Below, piece after piece: positions 26,648 to 36,879 of a stretch of 64,000 bases of DNA; the first letter of the stretch is position 1; every line of letters starts with the position of its first letter. The notes below the pieces were generated by a model, which was not told the origin of the DNA, searched no databases, and saw only the letters and a list, made by a program, of their open reading frames with translations. This stretch comes from an uncultured virus (IMG/VR IMGVR_UViG_3300025949_000021) (lineage: Duplodnaviria > Heunggongvirae > Uroviricota > Caudoviricetes): IMG/VR virus record IMGVR_UViG_3300025949_000021, one strand, 5' to 3'. A program made the position numbers and the translations under genes.

Positions 26648-28467
26648 TGGCTCAACAAGTTGAAGTTCCTGGTGTAGGAGTTCTTGAATTTCCTGACAAT
26701 ATGCCGCAAGAGGCTATTGCATCTGCGATTCAGAAGAATTTTCCTCAGATTCATAATCAGCCACAACAGCAAGAGGTGCCACGTTCTAATGAAATGGGGC
26801 CATCTCTTGATATTGGTGCGCTTGGTCCTTTGCAAACTCAGCAGCCTCCAGAACAAGTGCAAGTTCCACCTCCTCAACAAGGAGATGCTAGCTTTGGCAA
26901 TCGCTTTGTTACTGGTCTTACAGACCCTATTCATGGTGGCGCTCAAGCATTGACGCACATGCTTCCAGAGGGTTTGGTGAATGCGGTTAACCGTGGCACT
27001 CAAGCCGTAAATGAAGCTCCAATTATCGGTCCTATTACTAAAGCACTTGGCATGACGCCTGCAAATTCTGCGCAGATTGATGCAGGAATTCAGCAACGCG
27101 AACAAGCATTGCAAGCTGCACGTAAAGATGCTGGTCAAGAAGGTATTGATTGGGCGCGCATGGGCGGAAATGTACTTTCAGCGGCTCCTATGGCTGCGGC
27201 AATTCCTCCTGGCGCATCTTTATTGCCACGCATGCTGTCTGGCGCTCTAAGCGGAACGTTGGGTGGTGCGGTTATGCCGGTCACTGAGGGAGATTATGGC
27301 GATCAGAAAACGCGCCAAATGGCTCTTTCTGCTGGATTAGGCGCTGTTGCTGGACCTGCTACAAGCGCAGTTGCAAGTATGGTTAAGCCGAATACATCGC
27401 CAGAAGTCAAAGCATTGATGGCGCAAGGCATAACTCCTACTCCAGGTCAAATTTTAGGTGGTACAGTAGCCAAGACAGAAGATAAGCTAACCAGCTTGCC
27501 ATTGATTGGCGACATGATTTCAGGTGCGCAGCGTCGAGGTGTAGAAGATTTCAACCGTGCAGCATATGCAAGGGCGTTAGACCCTATTGGAGCAGCTGTT
27601 CCAAAAGAAGTCGGGCGAGAAGGTATTGAAGGCGTTAAGTCGGCGCTTACAAAGTCTTATGATGATCTACTCCCAAAACTACAATTCAAAGCAGATCAGC
27701 AGTTTTCTAGTGAATTACAAAATCTAACTGGACTTGTGCAAAATGCCCAAACCAATCCTCAAGTTGCTCAGCAATTCAACAAAGTTTTGCAAAATGATGT
27801 TCTAAGCAGGATTAGCAAATCTGGAGCAATGGATGGCCGTAACTTTAAAGATATGGAATCTGCTCTGGGACAAAGCATCAAGAAATATTCCGGCAGTTCA
27901 AACCCTGCTGATCAAGATATTGCCGCTGCTTTGGGGGAAGTATTAAAGTCTGCCCGAGAAACATTGTCTCGGTCAAACCCGAATTATGCAGATCAACTAA
28001 GTAAGATTAATCAAGGGTATGCAAACTTTGTTCGGTTACGGGATGCCGCGAGCAAGGTTGGCGCAGATGAAGGTATTTTCACTCCTGCTCAATTACAAAA
28101 CGCTGTTCGTAGTATGGATAAATCCGCTGGAAAAGGAAGATTTGCAACTGGCGATGCTTTAATGCAGGATCTTAGCGAAGCAGGCAAGACCGTATTGGGT
28201 AGCAAGTATCCCGATTCTGGCACTGCTGGACGATCAATGGTAGGGGCAGGGGCAGCAGGTGGACTAGCAATGATTAATCCTAAATTGCTTGCAGCCGCAT
28301 TAGCTGCAACACTTCCTTATACGAAAACTGGCGGCAAAATCACTGCGGCTGCATTGACTAAACGCCCGGAAAGTTTCAAAGCGATTTCTGATGCATTACG
28401 CGCTAGTGCTCCTGCGATTGCGGGTAGCCTTCCATTGGCGATAGGAACGCAAAACCAGTCGCCATAA
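26647..28467 (+). CDS. Large internal virion/ejection protein
   Basis: VLEFPD.M start; G/A-rich membrane-like segments; TPGQ, PDSGTA.R. Confidence 0.7.
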   Translation: MAQQVEVPGVGVLEFPDNMPQEAIASAIQKNFPQIHNQPQQQEVPRSNEMGPSLDIGALGPLQTQQPPEQVQVPPPQQGDASFGNRFVTGLTDPIHGGAQALTHMLPEGLVNAVNRGTQAVNEAPIIGPITKALGMTPANSAQIDAGIQQREQALQAARKDAGQEGIDWARMGGNVLSAAPMAAAIPPGASLLPRMLSGALSGTLGGAVMPVTEGDYGDQKTRQMALSAGLGAVAGPATSAVASMVKPNTSPEVKALMAQGITPTPGQILGGTVAKTEDKLTSLPLIGDMISGAQRRGVEDFNRAAYARALDPIGAAVPKEVGREGIEGVKSALTKSYDDLLPKLQFKADQQFSSELQNLTGLVQNAQTNPQVAQQFNKVLQNDVLSRISKSGAMDGRNFKDMESALGQSIKKYSGSSNPADQDIAAALGEVLKSARETLSRSNPNYADQLSKINQGYANFVRLRDAASKVGADEGIFTPAQLQNAVRSMDKSAGKGRFATGDALMQDLSEAGKTVLGSKYPDSGTAGRSMVGAGAAGGLAMINPKLLAAALAATLPYTKTGGKITAAALTKRPESFKAISDALRASAPAIAGSLPLAIGTQNQSP

Positions 28468-28548
28468 GTAAGGCGCAACCACCATTGTAATTGCGACTGC
28501 AATAAGTCGTGCATATTGATCAGACATATAACCTCTTTGGAGTAAAGC

Positions 28549-30159
28549 ATGCCAAGAAACGGTTCAGGAACATATTCCAGCCCAGTTAATTCGTGGAATC
28601 CACAGATTAACGGTGCGCTGGCTACTGGTCCAGATTTTAACTCTCAATTGGTTGATATTGCCAATGCACTTACACAAAGTGTATCTGCCGATGGACAAAC
28701 CCCGATTGCGGGTAATATCAATATGAATGGTAACAAGCTTACCAATCTAGCGCCAGGATCAAATGCAGGTGATTCCTTGCGTTGGCAGCAATTGTTCAGC
28801 CAAGGTATCGAAATTGACGTTACTTCCGCAGCAACTACCGATGTCGGAGTTCAAAATACTTGCTTTTTGAGGATCACTGGAACAACAACAATTACCAGTT
28901 TCGGGACAAATTATAATGGCCCACGATTCCTGCGAATGGCTGGCGCACTTACTTTGACAAATAGCGCAACATTGATTTGCCCAGATGGCGCAGATTTATT
29001 GACGGCGGCTGGCGATATTCTAGTGGTTATGCCGAAGGCAACTACAGGCACTCCTGATGGTTGGTATGTAGCTCGGTATATTTCAGCTTCTAGCATTCAA
29101 GCTCAGCGATACACTGCATTTGCAAGCACTGGAACCGCTCCGGCGTATGTTCTTACGCCGACTCCTGCGATTACAGCCTATTCCATCTATCAGCGGTTTA
29201 ATGTCAATTTTCATGCCGCAGGAACAGCAGGTTCAAACACGCTAAACGTGTCTGGTCTAGGGGCAAAAAATCTAAAACAATACGACACGTTAGGCGTAAA
29301 ACAGCCCGCCATTATTAGTGCCAATTTCATCTCTGATGTTATTTATGACGGCACTGATTTCATTGTTCTTAGCCCCGCATTCTCCTATGCGATTGTACAA
29401 ACTCGTCGTCAAACAATTTTGGATGGCCCTGTAGATACAAACGGATTCTCTGCATTTGGAGGATCGACTGGTTCAACTGTTGTGACCGCCTCTGGCGTTC
29501 TTACTGCCACAGCAGCTAACGCATTACTAAACCGTACAGGGCAAATTACCAATCCTTCGTGGACAGGACTTAATGTAAACGGAACAATGTATCTAGACTT
29601 GATTGTAAATTCGGATGGTACTTGCACAACACAAACACGAACATTAGCGCCGAATACTCGTTGGGGTGGAGCAGATGTTGTAACGAATGGGCAGTTTACT
29701 TTTAACATCCAACAGATGATTGGTAAGGTTGGCAATGGATCTCTGGCCGTACAAACTTACGAAGTCCCCGTAGGAGAAGTTACTGTTGCTGGTGGCGTTG
29801 TTACTGCGATCACATGGTATTCCTTACGCGGTCAAACGGTAATCCGAGATGCGGGCGTCCCAAGCAGCACTGTTCTACAGAAAACACATGCTTTAGGAAT
29901 GGTTCCACTTTCTTGGAATGTAGTTCTCGAATGCCAATCCGCAGATGTAGGATACGCAGTCGGCGACCAAGTTCCCGTAACTAGTTTTTCATCTAGCGCG
30001 CAAACTGTTGCAATTGCTGTTCGTGTTTCAAGATCATATGTAAGTGTGATTGCAAATACTGCGGGCTTTACTATTCCAAATGCAACTACTGGGTCTTCAA
30101 CTGCTTATACAGCTGCTAATTGGGACACAATTTTTTATCTTGACCGTGGTTGGAATTGA
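28549..30159 (+). CDS. Tail fibre/tailspike
   Basis: MPRNGSGTY...DIA.ALT.S...DGQT anchor; ITGTTTITSFG and TLNVSGLGAK...YDGT fibre motifs. Confidence 0.85.
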   Translation: MPRNGSGTYSSPVNSWNPQINGALATGPDFNSQLVDIANALTQSVSADGQTPIAGNINMNGNKLTNLAPGSNAGDSLRWQQLFSQGIEIDVTSAATTDVGVQNTCFLRITGTTTITSFGTNYNGPRFLRMAGALTLTNSATLICPDGADLLTAAGDILVVMPKATTGTPDGWYVARYISASSIQAQRYTAFASTGTAPAYVLTPTPAITAYSIYQRFNVNFHAAGTAGSNTLNVSGLGAKNLKQYDTLGVKQPAIISANFISDVIYDGTDFIVLSPAFSYAIVQTRRQTILDGPVDTNGFSAFGGSTGSTVVTASGVLTATAANALLNRTGQITNPSWTGLNVNGTMYLDLIVNSDGTCTTQTRTLAPNTRWGGADVVTNGQFTFNIQQMIGKVGNGSLAVQTYEVPVGEVTVAGGVVTAITWYSLRGQTVIRDAGVPSSTVLQKTHALGMVPLSWNVVLECQSADVGYAVGDQVPVTSFSSSAQTVAIAVRVSRSYVSVIANTAGFTIPNATTGSSTAYTAANWDTIFYLDRGWN

Positions 30160-30176
30160 TTAAGGAACCCATAAAA

Positions 30177-30725
30177 ATGAGCGATGTATTTGTGAATATT
30201 AATGGTGTTGCATACCGACTTTCTGGGACGGTATCGGTAACTCCAGTTCAAACAATTCCCGTTTTAACACCTATTATTCCGGTGATGACAGGCGCTAATA
30301 CGTCTGGTTTTATCGCATCGGCGACGAGTGAATACAATAGCGGGGGCGCGTACGCAAGTGCATGGCTAGCTTTCCGCAACACTGTATCTAATCAATGGGC
30401 GGCTATTTGGTCGTCCGCTAGCCAAGCAACTCCTTCCTCCCCGCAAGTATTGCGTATCATGTTTCCCTCTGCTCAACAATGTTCGCAAGCTTCGATCACT
30501 GCTCGGTCTGATACCGGCGATCTTTCTCCTAGTACATGGGGCGTACAAACGACGGTTGATGGCGTGAATTGGGTCACACAAGCTAGTGAATCAGGTAAAA
30601 CTTGGACGGGCGGAGAAACTAAGACTGACATTTTCCAAACCCCAGGTTCTTATCTCGGTGTCCAATGGGTTTGCAAAGGAAGTGGCGCACTTTGTCAAAT
30701 CGCCAAGGCACAGGTTTTCGGATAA
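30177..30725 (+). CDS. Discoidin/F5-8-like carbohydrate-binding domain protein
   Basis: SATSEY...AW.AF...P.TW.VQ...DG.NW pattern. Confidence 0.65.
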   Translation: MSDVFVNINGVAYRLSGTVSVTPVQTIPVLTPIIPVMTGANTSGFIASATSEYNSGGAYASAWLAFRNTVSNQWAAIWSSASQATPSSPQVLRIMFPSAQQCSQASITARSDTGDLSPSTWGVQTTVDGVNWVTQASESGKTWTGGETKTDIFQTPGSYLGVQWVCKGSGALCQIAKAQVFG

Positions 30726-31462
30726 TGGATATCCAGATTGAAAGCCTATATGGAGACCTGACAGCTACTAGCGCAGAGTGTCCACTTACTTTGCAATATG
30801 CAGGGGATGAGCCTTATTACGAGGGAGTAAAAGGCTGGCCGAAAGTCGCCATTGTTCAAGTTCACGCATGGTCTAGCACAAAAGATGAATGTCTAGCTGA
30901 CCCATTATCCTTTACAGGGATGAATAATGCAGTATGGATTTGCCCTAACTTTGGCGGCTTGAACAATCAACCTCAAGGCGCAGGCCATCCAGCACAATTA
31001 GAGCGCATTCATCGAGTCATCATGGTGACGAAAGAAAAATACCCCATGATCGAACGGGTATTGATGGTCGGAAAATCAGGTGGTGGTTACGTAGCTTTAA
31101 TGTACATGGCTGCATATCCTGGCGTCGTTTATGGTGCTAGCTTGTGGTGTTTCATTAATGATCTAGCCCAATGGTATGCAGAGAACCCTAACCATCGTGG
31201 CGAGCTAGAATCTTGTATAGGAGGGACACCGACTCAATACCCAAATGAGTACTACGCACGCTCTCCGGCATCGCGTTCTATCTCTGGGGTAAAATTGCAT
31301 CTTAACGGAAGCGATGAAGACACGGAAATTTTGTTTCATCATCAAACCGATGCAAGAGACCATTTCTCATCGATAAATGAGGTGACATTCCGAAACTATC
31401 CGGGCGGTCATATTATTCAATACGAAGAAGCGTCATTACAGCTTCAATCAATGCAACCGTAA
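30725..31462 (+). CDS. Alpha/beta hydrolase (esterase/S9 peptidase-like)
   Basis: GKSGGG nucleophile elbow, G..D, GGH triad. Confidence 0.8.
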   Translation: MDIQIESLYGDLTATSAECPLTLQYAGDEPYYEGVKGWPKVAIVQVHAWSSTKDECLADPLSFTGMNNAVWICPNFGGLNNQPQGAGHPAQLERIHRVIMVTKEKYPMIERVLMVGKSGGGYVALMYMAAYPGVVYGASLWCFINDLAQWYAENPNHRGELESCIGGTPTQYPNEYYARSPASRSISGVKLHLNGSDEDTEILFHHQTDARDHFSSINEVTFRNYPGGHIIQYEEASLQLQSMQP

Positions 31463-31477
31463 CAGGGGATAACTTAC

Positions 31478-31846
31478 ATGTCCTACGAAGCAGGGGTGTT
31501 AGGTCTTATAAAGGCCTATGGCTTTAAAGCCGTTTGTGGGGCAATAGGAGTTTCTATGCTTTACTTAGCTTTGCCGCCTTTAAACAAAGATGGCACATTT
31601 AACCGTAAAGAGTTCATCTGCCGCATGGCTGCTGCGATCATCTTCTCAACGTGGCTCGGAGATTGGTTTGTATCGGTTGTAGACGGAGTTCTACCAATGG
31701 TGAAAGCACATGAATTCCCGGGTGTTTTCTATGCATTCATTGGCGCACCAGCATGGTTTATCACGCGTGGCATAGCAGTCTGGATGCATAACCGGGAAGA
31801 TAAAGATATCGGTGAAGTCATCAAAGACGCAAAGGACATTGTATGA
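31478..31846 (+). CDS. Holin-like membrane protein
   Basis: Three hydrophobic segments; coupled to endolysin. Confidence 0.65.
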   Translation: MSYEAGVLGLIKAYGFKAVCGAIGVSMLYLALPPLNKDGTFNRKEFICRMAAAIIFSTWLGDWFVSVVDGVLPMVKAHEFPGVFYAFIGAPAWFITRGIAVWMHNREDKDIGEVIKDAKDIV

Positions 31847-32241
31847 AACTAGTTCTACAGCGGCAAAAAAGTTCCGACAAATCGACTCTCGGAACGATCT
31901 ACATTGATGGCAAGTTTGAATGCTATTCGCTGGAAGATGTAGAGCGCCCTGAGAAGATCAAAGGCGAGACGGCCATTCCGGCTGGCACATACAAAATCAT
32001 CCTCACACAGTCCCCTAGATTCGGTCGTATTCTTCCTCTTCTCGTAGACGTTCCAAACTATGAAGGTATTCGTATTCATCCTGGCAATACGGATAAGGAC
32101 ACGGATGGTTGCATTCTTCCAGGCCAGTCTCAAGGCAAGAATTTCGTAGGCAATAGCCGTCTTGCATTCGATGCACTATTTGCTAAACTGCAAGCAGCGA
32201 AAGATCCGATTACGATTGAGATTAGGAGCGCGGATGCTTGA
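31843..32241 (+). CDS. Putative endolysin (DUF5675-like)
   Basis: TAIPAGTY...GIRIH.GN...DT.GCILPG. Confidence 0.85.
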   Translation: MKLVLQRQKSSDKSTLGTIYIDGKFECYSLEDVERPEKIKGETAIPAGTYKIILTQSPRFGRILPLLVDVPNYEGIRIHPGNTDKDTDGCILPGQSQGKNFVGNSRLAFDALFAKLQAAKDPITIEIRSADA

Positions 32242-32701
32242 TCTACCAACCAAGATTGCAATCTTCCTCGGAGGTCTTTTAATAGCGATTGCAGGCGTTT
32301 ATTTCTACGGTAGCCATCAATACTCAAAAGGGTTTGACCAAGCCAATCTGGAGGCCGCAGCACGTGCAGAAAAGGTATCCGAAGAATACAGGAAGAAAGA
32401 GCAAGATTGGCAAACCCAAGCAAAGCAAAAGGATGATGCATATGACCAAGCAAAAGCAAACACGCAATCTGCCGTTGTTACTCTTACCAGTTCTAATCTC
32501 AGCTTGCGCAACGCAATTGCCGATTACAAGCGTCGATTGTCCCAAGCCCCCACCAATCCCAACGGAACTAGCGACAAAGGAGAAATCGGGATCGACCTAT
32601 TTGCAGAATGCTCAGACAAATACAGCGATTTGGCAAAAGAAACTGCAAGACTTGCTGACAAAGTGAATGCTCAAGCTGATTATCTAGCTATCGGTCATTA
32701 G
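32234..32701 (+). CDS. Rz-like inner-membrane spanin
   Basis: N-terminal TM plus coiled coil after endolysin. Confidence 0.8.
   Translation: MLDLPTKIAIFLGGLLIAIAGVYFYGSHQYSKGFDQANLEAAARAEKVSEEYRKKEQDWQTQAKQKDDAYDQAKANTQSAVVTLTSSNLSLRNAIADYKRRLSQAPTNPNGTSDKGEIGIDLFAECSDKYSDLAKETARLADKVNAQADYLAIGH
32442..32666 (+). CDS. Rz1-like outer-membrane lipoprotein spanin embedded in Rz
   Basis: LLLLPVLISAC lipobox, CPKPPPIP Pro-rich; +1 frame. Confidence 0.8.
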   Translation: MTKQKQTRNLPLLLLPVLISACATQLPITSVDCPKPPPIPTELATKEKSGSTYLQNAQTNTAIWQKKLQDLLTK

Positions 32702-32760
32702 GGTTACGCTTGCGTTCGCGTGCTTGTCTACGCTCATCGCGCTTCGGTTTCTTACTCACT

Positions 32761-33432
32761 TCACTCTCCCTCAGTGCCTGGTGCTGGTGGCGTCACGCGT
32801 TTGAATTCGACTACCCATACCCACGGATTCGACTTCCAGCTTTCCACGCCGTTGATGCCTTCCCATAGTGCCTGCCAAGCGCTGCGGATACTTGAAAACT
32901 TGTTGCCGTTCTCCTGAACTTCGGCCGCCCAAGTCTGCACGCCTTCGTCGTAGGCATCATCATCGGTGATATCGTGAAGCTGCTCGATGCGCACTTTAGT
33001 GATTTCCAGCATGATCCGACTGGCATAGCGTGGCATATGAATACTCGGCCACCATCGATCATCGATAGTCTGTGATTTATGGCCGTCAGCAGCGTATTCA
33101 AAAGGGCCGTCTTCTTCACGTGCAGATCCGATTGCGTTCTTATTGAAATTCCATGTTTCTCGGACATATAGTCTGTCGCCAGGCTGGCCATATGGGCATA
33201 GAGATTCCCACCCTTCGAGATTAGATATGGTGTCGATGTAGTTACCGAACTTCACATCCATGAGCATCGCGCTCGGAGGAAGATAGTCGTTATGACAAAG
33301 GATTTCCTGTCCATCAAAGTGATATCCGTTGCTATACGGCTGGCTCTTAATAATGCGCCGCGTCTGCGTTTTCTCACCTGCTAGCAGTGCTCGCACCATT
33401 GGTCCAGAAAACAATATTGGACGAGTTTTCAT
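32761..33432 (-). CDS. ASCH/PUA-like phage protein
   Basis: PILFS.PMV.A.L.G.KTQTRR, GDRLYVRETW, PSIHMPR, NPWVWV. Confidence 0.85.
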   Translation of the reverse strand: MKTRPILFSGPMVRALLAGEKTQTRRIIKSQPYSNGYHFDGQEILCHNDYLPPSAMLMDVKFGNYIDTISNLEGWESLCPYGQPGDRLYVRETWNFNKNAIGSAREEDGPFEYAADGHKSQTIDDRWWPSIHMPRYASRIMLEITKVRIEQLHDITDDDAYDEGVQTWAAEVQENGNKFSSIRSAWQALWEGINGVESWKSNPWVWVVEFKRVTPPAPGTEGE

Positions 33433-33908
33433 TCCCCATCCCCTTTGCTGGCAGTAGTAGCGGTGACTGGTGCAGCGTCGATGGCTTCGCAAGTTGCTTC
33501 GCCGCCCATCTGAAATGCTTCGTGAATGGCGCTAGGGAATTCGCCGTTTTCTTCTGCCGCCGCGTCGAGCAATACGCAAAGCTTGCGCCAGCGCCGGGCA
33601 TCGTTCTCACTCTTGGATGCGCGCTCAGCCCACTGGTGACGACTCAGGGTCAGGCACGGAATGCAAACGTTTTGCACATTCACCTCCAGCACCTTTGATG
33701 GAAGACCGGCATCGGGATGTGGATTTTTCGACATCGGCAGGCTACATGTGTGGCAATCTCTCAGCGGCTCCCGCTTCACGCTGGCAATGGCGAGCTCGGC
33801 GTAGGCGCGCATTTGGTCGGCGGTGTAGCCTTTTCCATGTCCAGCGATCCCGCTTCCGATAACTGGCAATGCACGCTTGTCCGGCAGTTCAGGTAACTGG
33901 TGGCTCAT
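33429..33908 (-). CDS. Mosaic phage hypothetical protein
   Basis: YTADQMRAYA and DARRWR motifs. Confidence 0.7.
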   Translation of the reverse strand: MSHQLPELPDKRALPVIGSGIAGHGKGYTADQMRAYAELAIASVKREPLRDCHTCSLPMSKNPHPDAGLPSKVLEVNVQNVCIPCLTLSRHQWAERASKSENDARRWRKLCVLLDAAAEENGEFPSAIHEAFQMGGEATCEAIDAAPVTATTASKGDGE

Positions 33909-34126
33909 GGAGATTCCTTCTCAAACTCGATTGCATAGTCGATGTGTACATTGATTTGATCAGAGAACGGTTCTCCCGATAAATCCAAGGCTAAAATGTC
34001 GCCCTTTGAATCGCATATTTCAATGTCGCCCGCGCCGTTTTCGAGGTCGATTCTGATCGTCCAACCTTCTGGCAGATCAGTGCATGCGCGCAATAAGGCG
34101 CGACCAACTTTCTCTTCTTCGGTCAT
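33905..34126 (-). CDS. Hypothetical protein
   Basis: AC.DLPEGW.IRI..ENGAG; coupled. Confidence 0.65.
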   Translation of the reverse strand: MTEEEKVGRALLRACTDLPEGWTIRIDLENGAGDIEICDSKGDILALDLSGEPFSDQINVHIDYAIEFEKESP

Positions 34127-34863
34127 TGCGCTTTTTCCTTTGCTGCGATAGCTGCGTCGATGTCGGCTTGCCGACCTGGCCAGCGCCAACCGTGATTGAA
34201 CATGGCGTCAAGCGATCCAATGGCGAGACCAGGCATTTCTGGGTAGACGCGCATCGCCAATTGATATTCGGCTATTTCCTTCCAGCGCTCGCTGTCCTTC
34301 GCATCTGTGGCTGGTGGGGAATTTTCGCTGATACCGAAATCGCGACCTTGTAACCAGATCGCACGGAAGTCTGGATAGTGGATATCTTTGCGGGCGTTGT
34401 GCGTCAACTCTTTCCATTCGGCACGACAAGTATCTTCCATGTCAACCGGCTCCGCACTTACAGGCGCTGGAGGGGCGGTGAATGCTATGGCTTCGCTTGC
34501 CCGCATGTGGGTAATTTCTCCATCTTTTACAACAGCTATGACTGGATCTCTTCGAGTATCTCCGCTCATGAGAATTAGAGGTTGACCAACAACATAGCTT
34601 TTCCCGTTGTCTAAGGAATAAAAATGATCGTCACGATGCAACTGTAGATGCTTAGCTCCAACGCAGTCGTACAGCCACGCCACCGGCTCCGCGCTCCCCA
34701 CGACGGCACGCTTGGCGGCAAGCCATGTTGCGAATGACATGTCCTTGAAGGCTGCATGTACGCCTTCTTCCGCATCACGACGATTGGCGTTAAATCCCGA
34801 TTCTCCCGAATCAAAGTACCACGCCTCAAACTCCCGGCGCTCACGTTCTATGTCTAAGTTCAT
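34123..34863 (-). CDS. Mosaic phage hypothetical protein
   Basis: ERREFEAW, EPVAW, KDSERW, IDAAIAA motifs. Confidence 0.75.
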   Translation of the reverse strand: MNLDIERERREFEAWYFDSGESGFNANRRDAEEGVHAAFKDMSFATWLAAKRAVVGSAEPVAWLYDCVGAKHLQLHRDDHFYSLDNGKSYVVGQPLILMSGDTRRDPVIAVVKDGEITHMRASEAIAFTAPPAPVSAEPVDMEDTCRAEWKELTHNARKDIHYPDFRAIWLQGRDFGISENSPPATDAKDSERWKEIAEYQLAMRVYPEMPGLAIGSLDAMFNHGWRWPGRQADIDAAIAAKEKAQ

Positions 34864-35078
34864 TTCCTACTCCCAATCTCTTGAATCGAAACCGCACCAT
34901 CCAGCAACGGCATGCGCGAACGATGACAATTTGATGATTAAATAAGCCGGTGGCAGCAAGACGATCCAAAACAGAGCCAGGATTATCGCTATCGGATACC
35001 GCAAGAACCAGACTTTGTTTCTCAACCAAAAAGCTGCCTTTAGCAGAGAGCGAGATGGTTCGCCGAAGTAATAAGTCT

Positions 35079-36062
35079 TCACGGTTTCGTCACCTGCTGC
35101 GGTTGGGATTGCGCCCATGTCGGCGGCGTTGCGCGGAGCGCCTTCTCGAACGCGTTGGCGGCACGGCAGGATGAAAACGTCAGTGTCAGAGATTGATCGC
35201 CAGTCCGCACGATCCGCTGGCATTCCCCGGCTTCCTTATCCAGCGCGCTTACAGATGCTGGCGCTTGTTCCTGCGACAGTAGCGTAAGCTGAGCGAGTTG
35301 ATCTGCCGTGATTTTATAAAGGGTCGTAACGTTGTTTACTCTCGTCCCCCATTGCTTTTCGATCTCAGCAATAAGATTAGATAAATTTGTAGATATTGCA
35401 GCTGCTACCGTCTCCGCCTCTTGGGGCGCTGCTTTGGTGTAACCGCCTTTGCCGTAATTCATCAGCCAGCTATTGCGTCCGTCATGCGTCTCTGGTAACT
35501 GACGAATCAATCCCTCGGCCCAGCGCACGCGGTCAACGCCACTTTGCACTTCGGCGGCATCCAATACGATCCAGCCCTGAACTTCCGCAGTCGGCTTTGG
35601 CGTCTCTGCTGCTGGCGGTGCTGAGAGGTCATCCAAGCCATCAACGACAGCATCAAGCATCACATGGGCATAGTTTCGATATCCGCTATTGTCAAAAGAG
35701 GATTCGCTATAGGTGTCGATTCCTTTGCGAACCTTGGCAATTACATCAAGCCATCCTTGCGGGACGGATTCTTGAGATGCCGATAGACGACTGCGGGCTT
35801 GCCATGCTCCCCACATCAGCATGGTTTGCAAACTTCCATACCCCGTCATTCGATCAGACGCCAAATCAAGTTCCCAACTGTGCGGGAAGATATTCTTGAC
35901 ATGTTGCTCAAAAGCGATCTGCTCATCCGTTACTTGCGGCGATGCCAGGCTGTTGATGTGCGCGAGCAAAGTTCGTGCAGCTTTAGCAGGCTCATTCAAG
36001 CAACCACGTTCTTCCAACTCAGCGGCAACTTTCATTGCTTGTTCGATTGTCATGTCCATTAT
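35079..36062 (-). CDS. Mosaic phage hypothetical protein
   Basis: Long ORF; WAEGLI.QLP..HDGRNSWL motif; start uncertain. Confidence 0.7.
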   Translation of the reverse strand: MMDMTIEQAMKVAAELEERGCLNEPAKAARTLLAHINSLASPQVTDEQIAFEQHVKNIFPHSWELDLASDRMTGYGSLQTMLMWGAWQARSRLSASQESVPQGWLDVIAKVRKGIDTYSESSFDNSGYRNYAHVMLDAVVDGLDDLSAPPAAETPKPTAEVQGWIVLDAAEVQSGVDRVRWAEGLIRQLPETHDGRNSWLMNYGKGGYTKAAPQEAETVAAAISTNLSNLIAEIEKQWGTRVNNVTTLYKITADQLAQLTLLSQEQAPASVSALDKEAGECQRIVRTGDQSLTLTFSSCRAANAFEKALRATPPTWAQSQPQQVTKP

Positions 36063-36301
36063 ATGCTCGCTTTCAGCATGTAGTCGTTGCACTTTTGTTG
36101 GGCTTCTGCGAGTTGATCAGCAAGCGATTGAACGCGGTTGTCCGAAGACTTAACCAGTTCTTCATTCTCTTGTTTCAGAAACTCAACTTGGCTTTGCAGA
36201 AATCCGATAACTTGATCCGCCTCTTTCTTTAACGAATCCGAAGGCGAGCGTTGTAAATATGCGCGAACATATCCGATATCTTCATGTGTGAAATTTTGCA
36301 T
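36059..36301 (-). CDS. Small coiled-coil protein
   Basis: AAGGAG RBS. Confidence 0.65.
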   Translation of the reverse strand: MQNFTHEDIGYVRAYLQRSPSDSLKKEADQVIGFLQSQVEFLKQENEELVKSSDNRVQSLADQLAEAQQKCNDYMLKASI

Positions 36302-36438
36302 TTTAATGGCTCCTTCAAACCAACCCTTGTTTATACTGACATGGCGCGCGATAGGGAGAAGGGGAGAGACCTATCTTTCGAGCAGCTAACTCTAGCGCCA
36401 CAAATTCATCTTAGACGATGAAGATTGAAATTACAAGA

Positions 36439-36879
36439 CTAAAATGGAATATCGTCGTCCATATCAGAAAAGTTTGGTGCTGTGCGGGCGGCAGCAGGTT
36501 GGCGATCTTGCTGATCTTGACGTGCGGGCGCTTGGCCACCATCAGAACGCCCTCCGAGCATTTGCATGCTGTCAGCGATGATTTCAGTAGTGTATTTTTC
36601 AACGCCGTCTTTGTCTGTCCATTTACGTGTTTGTAACTTTCCTTCGACGTAGACAGAACTTCCTTTTTTCAGATACTGCCCTGCAATTTCGGCAAGTTTT
36701 CTATAAAAAGTTACGCGCACCCACTCTGTCAATTCTTTTTTCTCGCCTGTTGTCTTGTCTTTCCATGATTCTGTGCATGCGATTGTAATATTGGTTACTG
36801 CCTCACCGTTTGCCATATATCTAGTTTCAGGATCGCGTCCAAGATTACCAATTCCAATGAATTTATTTACGTTAGCCAT
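36439..36879 (-). CDS. ssb: Single-stranded DNA-binding protein
   Basis: VNK...GNLGRDPE...KKGS.VYVEG.L.TRKW; DDDIPF tail. Confidence 0.97.
   Translation of the reverse strand: MANVNKFIGIGNLGRDPETRYMANGEAVTNITIACTESWKDKTTGEKKELTEWVRVTFYRKLAEIAGQYLKKGSSVYVEGKLQTRKWTDKDGVEKYTTEIIADSMQMLGGRSDGGQAPARQDQQDRQPAAARTAPNFSDMDDDIPF

Noticed and set aside
28549..30725. Diversity-generating retroelement at the tail fibre
   Set aside because: No reverse transcriptase and no template/variable repeat pair seen
32442..32666. Nested lipoprotein gene as a novelty
   Set aside because: Standard embedded Rz/Rz1 arrangement
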